A stretch of 33,480 nucleotides of DNA from Octopus bimaculoides (taxonomy: Eukaryota): assembly GCF_001194135.2 (NCBI RefSeq), contig NC_068998.1, positions 4,608,970 through 4,642,449 of the forward strand. Reading direction: 5' to 3'. The notes under the pieces are model-generated. The model saw only the letters and a list, made by a program, of their open reading frames with translations. It was not told the DNA's origin and searched no databases. Position 1 is the stretch's first letter. Every line of letters starts with the position of its first letter. This document shows, one piece after another, positions 21,481-31,198 of the stretch. The position numbers were made by a program, and so were the translations under genes.

Positions 21481-21683
21481 CCTTTCATTCTGTTCTAGGC
21501 ACAACGCCTGAAGTTTTGTGGGAGGGGGGGGGGAACCAGTCTTTTACATCGACCCCAGTATTTAACTGGTACTTATTTTATCGACTCCGAAAAGACGAAA
21601 AACAAAGTCGATCTCGGGTGAATTTGAATTCGAGACTTTAAGAGGGACGACATACCGCTATGCAGTTTATCCGGTCTGCTAGC
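21481..21683 (-). mobile_element. SINE family C copy 1
   Basis: TTCTAGGCACAACGCCTGAAGTTTTG...TACATCGACCCCAG...CTGGTACTTATTTTATCGAC...AAAGTCGATCTCGG..AATTTGAATTC...ATACCGCTA. Confidence 0.88.
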
Positions 21684-21756
21684 TTACCAGTTTACAACTA
21701 ATTCGGTGCCAATTGAACATGTGACTTACCTGGTCACTTGCACTTTAGCGTGCAGT

Positions 21757-21831
21757 CTAACCCTTAATAAACCCGAATCCTGACCCTAAGCATTAACATT
21801 ATTCCCTAACATTTACCTTAAACCTTAGCCC
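21757..21831. repeat. Degenerate (CCCTAA)n telomere-like tract
   Basis: CTAACCC, AAACCC, TGACCCTAA, CCCTAAC and CCTTAAACCTTAGCCC show roughly 6-nt periodicity. Confidence 0.55.
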
Positions 21832-21902
21832 AGATCAGGAAATTTCACAACGTAGACCACGGATACTATGGTAAACAACACGGTATAGTAGCCCCAGTAA
21901 AT

Positions 21903-22090
21903 CTTTCTATAATAAGCACAAGGTCTGAAATTTTGTGGGAGCATTAAGTCGATAACATCGACCTGGGGTTCAACTGGAGCTTATTTAAAGGACCCCGAAA
22001 AGTAAAGTTGAACACGGCGGAATTTGCTACTCAGAACGTAAAACCGGAAGAAACGCCGCTAAGATTTTAGTCCCACGAGCTAGCGATTTC
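21903..22090 (-). mobile_element. SINE family C copy 2
   Basis: AAGCACAAGGTCTGAAATTTTG...AAGTCGATAACATCGACC...GACCCCGAAA...CGGCGGAATTTG...CAGAACGTAA...CCGCTAAG. Confidence 0.85.
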
Positions 22091-22091
22091 T

Positions 22092-22220
22092 AGGGTGAAG
22101 GGGACACCATTTAATTACATCGACCCAGCTTGTAGACTGTTACTTAATATTTTATTACCCCCAGGGTAAATAAAATAAAATAAAATAAAAGCATATTTGA
22201 CCTCATCAGAGATTGAACTC
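22092..22220 (-). mobile_element. SINE family C copy 3, decayed, with a (TAAAA)n expansion
   Basis: ATTACATCGACCCAG...TACTTAAT...ACCCCCAGGG-(TAAAA)n-GCATATTTGACCTC...GATTGAACTC. Confidence 0.65.
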
Positions 22221-23026
22221 GCGTTGCCAAGAAACGCAACAAAAGACTACTTCAAGGTATTTTGTCCGCCAAAATAATAATGAAAATGATAATTATAAAA
22301 CACTTAGAACAGCGTGTATATATATNNNNNNNNNNNNNNNNNNNNNNNNNNNNNNNNNNNNNNNNNNNNNNNNNNNNNNNNNNNNNNNNNNNNNNNNNNN
22401 NNNNNNNNNNNNNNNNNNNNNNNNNNNNNNNNNNNNNNNNNNNNNNNNNNNNNNNNNNNNNNNNNNNNNNNNNNNNNNNNNNNNNNNNNNNNNNNNNNNN
22501 NNNNNNNNNNNNNNNNNNNNNNNNNNNNNNNNNNNNNNNNNNNNNNNNNNNNNNNNNNNNNNNNNNNNNNNNNNNNNNNNNNNNNNNNNNNNNNNNNNNN
22601 NNNNNNNNNNNNNNNNNNNNNNNNNNNNNNNNNNNNNNNNNNNNNNNNNNNNNNNNNNNNNNNNNNNNNNNNNNNNNNNNNNNNNNNNNNNNNNNNNNNN
22701 NNNNNNNNNNNNNNNNNNNNNNNNNNNNNNNNNNNNNNNNNNNNNNNNNNNNNNNNNNNNNNNNNNNNNNNNNNNNNNNNNNNNNNNNNNNNNNNNNNNN
22801 NNNNNNNNNNNNNNNNNNNNNNNNNNNNNNNNNNNNNNNNNNNNNNNNNNNNNNNNNNNNNNNNNNNNNNNNNNNNNNNNNNNNNNNNNNNNNNNNNNNN
22901 NNNNNNNNNNNNNNNNNNNNNNNNNNNNNNNNNNNNNNNNNNNNNNNNNNNNNNNNNNNNNNNNNNNNNNATATGCGTACATGCGTCTGTACGTGTGTGT
23001 GTGTTTGTGTGTGTGTATATGTATAT

Positions 23027-23078
<52 letters not shown>

Positions 23079-23095
23079 GTATATATATATATATC

Positions 23096-23151
<56 letters not shown>

Positions 23152-23297
23152 GTTTTCTCTGTTCCCTCTCTGTCTATATCTATGAACATACATTTCAATA
23201 CACACACACAGAGAAAAGCGTAAACTCAGTCTTATGTACCTATATATTTTACATGTGTGTGCGTGTGTGTATAGTGTGTTAGTGTAAAATGGAGGGT

Positions 23298-23329
<32 letters not shown>

Positions 23330-23394
23330 AAGAGAGAGAGAGCGAAGAATATATACACGTTCAAATACAAAATACATACCCAGTACGAATACAC

Positions 23395-23425
<31 letters not shown>

Positions 23426-23650
23426 AACACACGCACACGGAAACACACACGGACACACTCACGGACACACACACACACACTCACGGACACACACACGCAC
23501 ACACTTACACATTATTGTCACAACATCTCTGTGTCATCAGGACAAAAGATGAGGTGGCCACGGATAGATGGTCATTGATCAACGCCGATCACGCCTGATT
23601 GAGTTTGCGACATGAACATTTCTACTGAAACCGGGAAGAAATTACCTTAC

Positions 23651-23709
23651 CATCCAAAAAGTAAAGACATTAACCCCACCCCAACCTCGTCCACTCCACA
23701 GACATACCG
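23651..23709 (-). other. Candidate short (59-nt) exon, possibly untranslated
   Basis: Minus-strand acceptor TTCTTTTTTATATTTCCATCATACAG and donor ATG|GTAAGG. Two frames are open but neither peptide is recognisable. Confidence 0.22.
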
Positions 23710-23869
23710 CTGTATGATGGAAATATAAAAAAGAAGTATCATCCGTCGGTATCTCCGATGAGTATCTGAGTTGTTTTATCACGTGAGCCACTCATTAATT
23801 GACTATATTACTTCTGGGTACTCAACAAAATGCTATCTTCACTACGTTATTCATTTCAGATATGATTAT

Positions 23870-24020
23870 TGTATGGCTGAATATACCTCAGTCACTTGTA
23901 CACCACAAGTAGTAGTGCTTCGCGACTTACTACATATTAAAGTCTGACCCTTTGTAACTACTAGTAACTCTATCTTCAGTTTTAATTGCTGTATGGTCGA
24001 ATACACCTCAGACACTTGTA
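23870..24020. repeat. 31-bp direct repeat, offset 120 bp
   Basis: TGTATGGCTGAATATACCTCAGTCACTTGTA (23870-23900) versus TGTATGGTCGAATACACCTCAGACACTTGTA (23990-24020), 27/31 identical. Confidence 0.85.
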
Positions 24021-24159
24021 ATACTAAAATCCTATTCATAGATGATTATTCTTTTGTAATTACTGTTTAAGTCGTACTCATTAGTCTTAGTCATATTTTC
24101 CGTCTTACCAATTTCTTCCAAAAGATTTGGACCGACATGACAGTTTGTGTAAAATATAT

Positions 24160-24250
24160 TTGTCCAACGAACGGAACCACGACGCGGAATCGAACCTGGG
24201 AGTTGTATACTTGCAAAGTGAATTCCTTAACTATTCAGCTATATCTGCGA
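24160..24250 (-). mobile_element. Isolated tRNA-derived SINE head fragment
   Basis: Minus strand ATAGCTGAATAGTTAAG (A-box-like) and GGTTCGATTCC (B-box, 24196-24186). No cloverleaf, so not a tRNA gene. Confidence 0.6.
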
Positions 24251-25144
24251 TGATGCATGATGTTATTCTGAAATGTAAAGGGTTTTTGAAATACCAAAAA
24301 AAAAAAAGAAAAAAAGTGGGGTGAAGAGCGGAGGGATTGTCACAGTTTTGAAAGCCTCGAGCAACGTTGACGTCTGATAAATAAAAAAAAGTAGATTAAT
24401 ATCTTATGGCAAGAAAAGAGATAGAAAGGGGGGGGGAAGAAGTGGGGGAAATCGTAAGTTTATAATAAGGTACAACTCCAAAAGAAAGAAAAGAGAAAAA
24501 AACAAACAAAAACCGCCGTTCTACAACCCGGCAGCTAGCAGCTCCCAACACCGCGCATACACACACTCCACAAAAAAATATGAAAGCAAAAATAGATTTT
24601 AAATATTTCCAGTTAACTTATATATACGGACAGACACACTGGCAGACAGACAGACTGACAGACCGAGAGACAAACAGTGACACAATGAAAGGTATGAAGG
24701 AATTCGTAATGAGAGGACGATAACCTGTTTTCGTGGGTCTTTTTTATTTTATACGACTATTCTCTAATTTAATTATTCTATTATTTAACCATTCTATTAT
24801 TCGTTTATTCCCATTATTCGTTTATTCCTATTATTTTATTATTCTATTATTTGATTAATCTATTATGTCTCGGTTTCATTTTACTTATACGTTTATTTTA
24901 TTTTATTTTCTATTTTGTTATATATTTCATTTGATTAGTTTTTTGCTTAAGTAATACACAAATACAACTCACGCTAAAAGAGAAGCACAACCACAATTCT
25001 ACCGGTTATACTCTTGGGGGTTAAGAAAAAAAATGATAGACAGGGGGGGTGCTTGTGTGTGTGTGTGTGAGTATGTCTCTGTCTGTGTGTGTATTTATAT
25101 AGGCACACAAGTCCGTTCGTTCTGATGATGATAATGCACACAGC

Positions 25145-25229
25145 AAGGCGTCGAGCTGGTAGAAACATTAGCATGGCGGGCGAAATGCTTAGTGATACTT
25201 CGTCTGACTTTATGTCCTGAGTTCAAATT
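25145..25229 (+). mobile_element. SINE family C, 5' head only
   Basis: GGCGTCGAGCTGGTAGAAACATTAGCATGGCGGGCGAAATGCTTAG...CTGAGTTCAAATT is collinear with the reverse complement of 21620-21683 and 22020-22090. Confidence 0.8.
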
Positions 25230-25259
25230 ATATTAACCAAAATGAAGTAGATTGACAAA

Positions 25260-25316
25260 TTATTTTTTGAACCAGCTGAAGACACACGAGATGTCGAAAT
25301 ATTGTTCACTAAATAA
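25260..25316 (+). ncRNA. Decayed hammerhead-ribozyme-like core
   Basis: CTGAAGA 25276-25282 and GAAA 25296-25299, with a 3-bp helix II ACA/TGT. Flanks TTATTT..TGAAC and GTTCA..AAATAA pair (11 bp). The C-C opposition at 10.1/11.1 and a collapsed helix III are non-canonical. Confidence 0.3.
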
Positions 25317-25610
25317 CAGTGGCACTCTTCTTTTGATTTTGACTCTATATCTTCAGGAGGAGTTACCAGGTTCAATCCCACACCTTAACGGACGATTTTA
25401 AGTACGCTTTAAGGCGTTTAAGTGTATGTGAGTCCGTCAGTAGATCATTTATCCATCCGCAGTGAAAAAGAAAATGTAGATACAGGGACTAACACTTTAG
25501 AGGAATTGATTGACATGAACTTGAATTTCCAGACAAAGGCATTGTTGAAATACAAAGGCTTTTGTGATTCTGGCGACCTGAAAACACGGCAAGCAAATAC
25601 TTAAATATTT

Positions 25611-25639
25611 GGGTTAGGGTTAGGGTTAGGGTTAGGGTT
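25611..25639. repeat. Interstitial telomeric repeat (GGGTTA)4GGGTT
   Basis: Perfect TTAGGG x4 with five G3 runs. Confidence 0.97.
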
Positions 25640-26352
25640 TTTATTTACATTTTCAAATTCATATATGGTCGAAACTGGATTAAGTCATATAAAAGCGTTG
25701 TTAGGTAAACAATGAAGCGGGCTTTAAAATCGATGAACGTACTAATCTCGGATTAAAACACAAATATTCCTCGTAATATTCATGCTATTGATAACAGTCG
25801 TGTAGTCCGTCCATCTCGTTTTAGAACATTAAATATTCTCAGGTAATAAAAAGGTATTTTATGATATCTTTATACTTTGTAATTATATCCGATAAATTAG
25901 GTAACTTAGAAATAAAATGAAAACCAATTTTCCTTCAGAAAAGTCTACATAAATATCTATAGAAATCTCTGCAAGAGTTGTCCATTTCAGATTTTACTTC
26001 TTCAAAATAGTAAAAAGGTGTAAATGATAGTTGTACTTCTTCGAAATACATAATGGCTGCTTCTGAAAGCTTTAATGTAGAGGGTCACATTACTTTTAAT
26101 TACCCTTTAAGTTCCAGATATATTTAGACAGTGAAGCAATAAGATGTATTTCTGCATATTTGAATATACACATGTTGCGGGAAGTTTTTTCTTTTTTCTT
26201 TTTCATTTTGTTTTTTTGTAATTCTTAAAAGGCTATCCAGTGAGCCTTATATAACTTTTTATTTGCATATGTTAATGAACTCCTTCCTTATATCATTCAT
26301 TATATGGTCATTCGTTCTTCGCAAATTGAATAGTCCATCATCACGGTAATTA

Positions 26353-26400
26353 CCACGTGGTTTCGAGCGAACCTTTTAACCACACAATTATGCCTACACC
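26353..26400 (-). mobile_element. SINE family A, short decayed head fragment
   Basis: Minus strand GGTGTAGGCATAATTGTGTGGTTAAAAGGTTCGCTCGAAACCACGTGG resembles the A head. Confidence 0.5.
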
Positions 26401-26956
26401 TATATAAACATTTTTGCGTACACGAACGCTCAAACGTAAACACATATACATCCAAACATATTAACATACATGTAAATTTACTCTATGTGAATCGCATAAG
26501 TGTGTGAATAAATGATCATTATTTAAACACGACGCGTGTTTTTTTCTCTCCATTTCTTTGTCATCCTCTCTTTCTTTCTCTCTTTGTCTTCCTCTATTTC
26601 TCTTTCCCGCCACTCTTTCTTTCTCTCTTTCGTTCTCTCTCTTTGTGTGTGTGTGTGGAAGAAAACTAAGTATGCTTACGTCAACGACTCGTTACCGATT
26701 TATTTGTCTTCTGTACTATGCCGAACTATATACACTAAACTGCAAAATATTAAACAAAACGAAGGGCAAGCAAGAAAAGAAAAAAAAAACAACGAATATG
26801 AAATAAAAGGCTACGTAAAAAAAAATGCTTCATTGATTCTTTTTCTCTTTATTCACCTCTCTCACATACTTATACACACAAACAGTCGCACACGTGCACA
26901 CACACACACACACACGATTCACATAGGCAACACAAACATACAAAGACACTAGCAGT

Positions 26957-26991
<35 letters not shown>

Positions 26992-27539
26992 AAGTATCTT
27001 CTATATATTAGTGAAACAAAAGGCTATGAAAACAACAGCAACAACAGCAAAAATAACTATGGCGATGAAAAGAACAAAGACTGTTGCAAAAATTGCATTT
27101 GGAAACTGCATTACTCCTTTGACGAGTCAGCGAAGAAGCTAAAAATAACAAACAAATCAGATCTCTATCAAATCACCTTAACAGGAAACATCCTGTTATA
27201 AGTATTTCGCGTCAAAATCCCGGTTCTGTAATGACTATTACAAAACAGAAATAAATGGTAGGAGAAAGGGTTAAAGTCTTCTCTCTTACGTTAGAGATTT
27301 CCTTACTTCTTCCAAAATGATTGTTAACAAACTTGATAAGATTCTTGGGATAGCGCTCATTTATGAGTTAGATCATTGAAGCTGTCTCGTGTGGACATGT
27401 AGTCTCATGTGTCTAAGAGGAGGTTGATAGGTGATAAAAGGAAGTAGAATTTGGATAAAGTTATTCTGGATATATTAATTAGAAAAGAAAGTAGAAGGCG
27501 GGATTGGCATTGTTGGAACGTATTTGGCCATAGGTTTTT

Positions 27540-27757
27540 CCGGACCAAAGCCTTGTGAGTGGATTTGGTAGACGGAAGCTGAAAGAAGCCCGTCGTATAT
27601 ACATTTATATAAGTATATATGTATGTCTGTATGTATGTATGTATGTATGTATGTGTGTGTGTGTGTATGTTTGTATGTCTGTGCTTGTCGCCCAACATCG
27701 CTTGGCAACCGAACGGCTATGTTACGGGGACGTAAACACACCAACATCGGTTGTCAA
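27540..27757 (+). mobile_element. SINE family A internal copy ending in an inverted segment (27709-27757, minus)
   Basis: GACCAAAGCCTTGTGAGTGGATTTGGTAGACGGAAGCTGAAAGAAGCCCGTCG, then microsatellite, then CCCAACATCGCTTGGCAACCGA, then CCGAACGGCTATGTTACGGGGACGTAAACACACCAACATCGGTTGTCAA in the opposite orientation. Confidence 0.9.
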
Positions 27758-28706
27758 AAGATTTATTTATTTATCAATCTGCCTATCTATATCGTCTCTC
27801 ATATACATTATGTTTATGCAAAAATGAGTGTGCGCGCGTGAGCGTATATATATATATATATATATATATGCGCAGTATATGCATATGTATACGTGTTGTC
27901 GTACATAAAGGTTATGTATCTGTCTGTGTGTCCTGTTGACATAGACTAGGTGATACATATGTATGTATGCGACATTTATCTCAGCCAGACATCCTCCATA
28001 TTAACTCTCTCGCCGCGTTTTTTTTCTTCTTCTGAACAAATACATTACAAACTCCTACACACTCTATCGTACAATTGTAACTCTCTCTCTCTCTCTTTCT
28101 ATCTCTCTCTCTCTTTTCCTGTCCCTCTTTTTCTCTCTTTGTATTTGTATATATATNNNNNNNNNNNNNNNNNNNNNNNNNNNNNNNNNNNNNNNNNNNN
28201 NNNNNNNNNNNNNNNNNNNNNNNNNNNNNNNNNNNNNNNNNNNNNNNNNNNNNNNNNNNNNNNNNNNNNNNNNNNNNNNNNNNNNNNNNNNNNNNNNNNN
28301 NNNNNNNNNNNNNNNNNNNNNNNNNNNNNNNNNNNNNNNNNNNNNNNNNNNNNNNNNNNNNNNNNNNNNNNNNNNNNNNNNNNNNNNNNNNNNNNNNNNN
28401 NNNNNNNNNNNNNNNNNNNNNNNNNNNNNNNNNNNNNNNNNNNNNNNNNNNNNNNNNNNNNNNNNNNNNNNNNNNNNNNNNNNNNNNNNNNNNNNNNNNN
28501 NNNNNNNNNNNNNNNNNNNNNNNNNNNNNNNNNNNNNNNNNNNNNNNNNNNNNNNNNNNNNNNNNNNNNATCTAAATGGTTTTTACTAAGCTCCACTGAT
28601 CAAATACCATTCACCTAGACTGAAAAAGACAAACTTGCTTTAACTGCCACCCCACCCCCTTCACACACGTGCGCGCGCTCTCGCTCACATACGCACATGC
28701 ACACAG

Positions 28707-28744
<38 letters not shown>

Positions 28745-28919
28745 AATCACACACATATTTTAATTATTCTAACTGATTTATGGGTAATATTAGTGTATAT
28801 GTGTTTGTATGGACTTGTTGCGTTTATGTATGTTTGTCTACATGAATATCTGTTTGTAACTTTGTCTAGTTGTCTGTCTGTCTGTCAGTTTGTATTTCAT
28901 TTTCTCCCTCTGTGTCTAT

Positions 28920-28923
28920 GTCC

Positions 28924-29007
<84 letters not shown>
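28920..29007. repeat. (CTAT)n(CTGT)n microsatellite
   Basis: Read directly from the sequence. Confidence 0.97.
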
Positions 29008-29009
<2 letters not shown>

Positions 29010-29152
29010 GGTTGCGTGGTAAGAAGCTTGCTTCTAAATCACATTGAAATGAGTTCAGTCCCTCGTTATGCTACCTTGGGTAACGTGTCTTCTGCTATAG
29101 CCTTGGAACTAGTGAGTGTGGATTTGAAGACGAAAACTGAAAAATTATCGTC

Positions 29153-29213
<61 letters not shown>

Positions 29214-29425
29214 TGTGTGTGGTTGTACTCCATCAGCACTTGTCAGCCGATATCTTTTTCTTTAAGGCTTCTTAACTGAGCTGTTCGCCAAAAAACAACC
29301 GACAAAATAAGTAGCAGTCTTGCAGTGTTTAAAGTAACAGATACTGGAATCGATTCATTCGACTAAAAACCGTTATGATTATGCTCTAGCATGGCCACAG
29401 TCCAGTGACTGAAACAAAAGATAAA
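29008..29425 (+). mobile_element. SINE family A, full length, diverged, with internal (AT)n(GT)n
   Basis: Head GTGGTTGCGTGGTAAGAAGCTTGCTTC...GAGTTCAGTCCC...CCTTGGGTAACGTGTCTTCTGCTATAGCC, and tail TCGATTCATTCGACTAAA...CTAGCATGGCCACAGTCCAGTGACTGAAACAAAAG. Confidence 0.88.
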
Positions 29426-29651
29426 ATATCTGCAACATATGAATGAAATTGACTCGACGGATATTGTACAGAAGCCTTTCACGTGGATTCCGTCTGCGTA
29501 TTACACAAACGCTGCATCTGCCAGTGAAATATATTATGTCTGCCAGTCTGTCTGCATATCTGTCCGTCTCTCTATGCACACACACACACACAGACACATA
29601 TATTCTATTATTCTATTATTCTTTTATTCTTTTATTTGTTTCGTCCTCATA

Positions 29652-29767
29652 AGAGAATATGTACTAGGCTTATAAAGAATAAGTCCTCGTGAGGTCGATT
29701 CGTTCGACTAAAGGCGGTGATCCAGCATGGCCGCAGTCGAATGACCGAAACAAGAAAAAGAGCAAGA
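29652..29767 (+). mobile_element. 5'-truncated SINE family A with a candidate 10-bp TSD
   Basis: Tail GTACTAGGCTTATAAAGAATAAGTCC...GGTCGATTCGTTCGACTAAAGGCGGTGATCCAGCATGGCCGCAGTC..., flanked by CGTCCTCATA (29642-29651) and CGTACTCATA (29768-29777), 9/10 identical. Confidence 0.85.
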
Positions 29768-30052
29768 CGTACTCATATATGTACACACAGCCATCTTTAT
29801 CTGGAGGTGTGTGTATGGGTGTGTGTAGGTTTGTGTGGCAGTTACTTCTTTTTTTTAAAATTATTTTTATTTACTTTCCATTAACCTTTTATTTGAAGGT
29901 TTTTCAAAGCCAATTTGGTTCGGTCAACACGTTGATTAGATTCGATTGGTTTATCGAAATCACGTGACCTACACAAATAAATGTGCGTCTTTGCAGTCGG
30001 AAATTTCTTCTTCTGAGTTTCCTTCATTTCTCTTCTTCCAATTCCTGTGATT

Positions 30053-30252
30053 TCTTCTTCTTCTTCTTCTTCTTCTTCTTCTTCTTCTTCTTCTTCAAAT
30101 TCTTCAAATTCTTCTTTTTCTTCAAATTCTTCTTCAAATTCTTCATTTTTTTTCTTTTGTCTTTTCTTTATCCTCCCCTGCCTCCCTCTTCTTCTTTTTC
30201 TTCTTTTATTTTTTCTTCTTCTCCTCTTCCTCCTCCTTCTTCTTCTCCACCG
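30053..30252. repeat. (CTT)n-derived low-complexity tract with TTCTTCAAA variants
   Basis: Read directly from the sequence. Confidence 0.95.
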
Positions 30253-30553
30253 NNNNNNNNNNNNNNNNNNNNNNNNNNNNNNNNNNNNNNNNNNNNNNNN
30301 NNNNNNNNNNNNNNNNNNNNNNNNNNNNNNNNNNNNNNNNNNNNNNNNNNNNNNNNNNNNNNNNNNNNNNNNNNNNNNNNNNNNNNNNNNNNNNNNNNNN
30401 NNNNNNNNNNNNNNNNNNNNNNNNNNNNNNNNNNNNNNNNNNNNNNNNNNNNNNNNNNNNNNNNNNNNNNNNNNNNNCTACTTTTTTCTTCTTACTACTT
30501 GTAATCGTTATGACTGTAACCTGAATGTTTACCTTATGTCTATCCTTAAACGC

Positions 30554-30608
<55 letters not shown>

Positions 30609-31020
30609 CAGCAATTCTCTGACTGGTCTACGGTCAGTTTCTCTCCATTGTTATTTTACCATGCTTGCTGATGTCCTGTACCATGTAATAGTCTAGTCAG
30701 AGGACGTTTCGATCGACCATGTTATTTCAATTTATTTTATTCTTGTTTGTTATGTTTTACCCGTTTGCCTTGTTGTTGTTGTGCTTATCCTCGAATTTCA
30801 TTGGATGTTTACGTTCGCTTTGATTCCATTTTCCTCTGGTACTTGTTCATTTTTGTTCCATGTCATATTTGTATGCGTGCGTGTGTGCGTGTGTGCGCGC
30901 CATTACAGTAATGTGCATATTTGCTATACACGTTCGCAAACGCACTTATACATGCACACACGTATAGATAGATTTATATTAATGTAGGTTAACGTTATAC
31001 ACGTACAGAAAAACAGTCAA

Positions 31021-31136
31021 GCAGATAGATAGATAGATAGATAGATAGATACATAGATACATAGATAGATACATAGATAGATACATAGATACATACATAC
31101 ATACATACATACATACATACATACATACATACATAG
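31021..31136. repeat. (GATA)n grading into (CATA)n
   Basis: Read directly from the sequence. Confidence 0.97.
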
Positions 31137-31154
31137 ATTCCTGAACTTTCTTCT

Positions 31155-31198
31155 AGTAGCCGACGAAGAGATTTATCTGAAACGTTATAACGTCTACT
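31155..31198 (+). ncRNA. Type I hammerhead-ribozyme-like motif, probably inactivated
   Basis: AGTAG | CCGACGA (CUGANGA with U4>C) | AGA-GATTTA-TCT (helix II) | GAAA | CGT-TATA-ACG (helix III; ACGTTATAACGT is a perfect palindrome) | T-C (GUC site) | TACT. AGTAG pairs with CTACT, one nucleotide out of canonical register. Confidence 0.5.

Noticed and set aside
26261-26268. Octamer motif ATTTGCAT
   Set aside because: A lone AT-rich 8-mer is expected by chance in a window this size.
12012-29767. Family A copies mostly minus in the left half and plus in the right half
   Set aside because: About a dozen fragments with several exceptions are too few to distinguish from chance.
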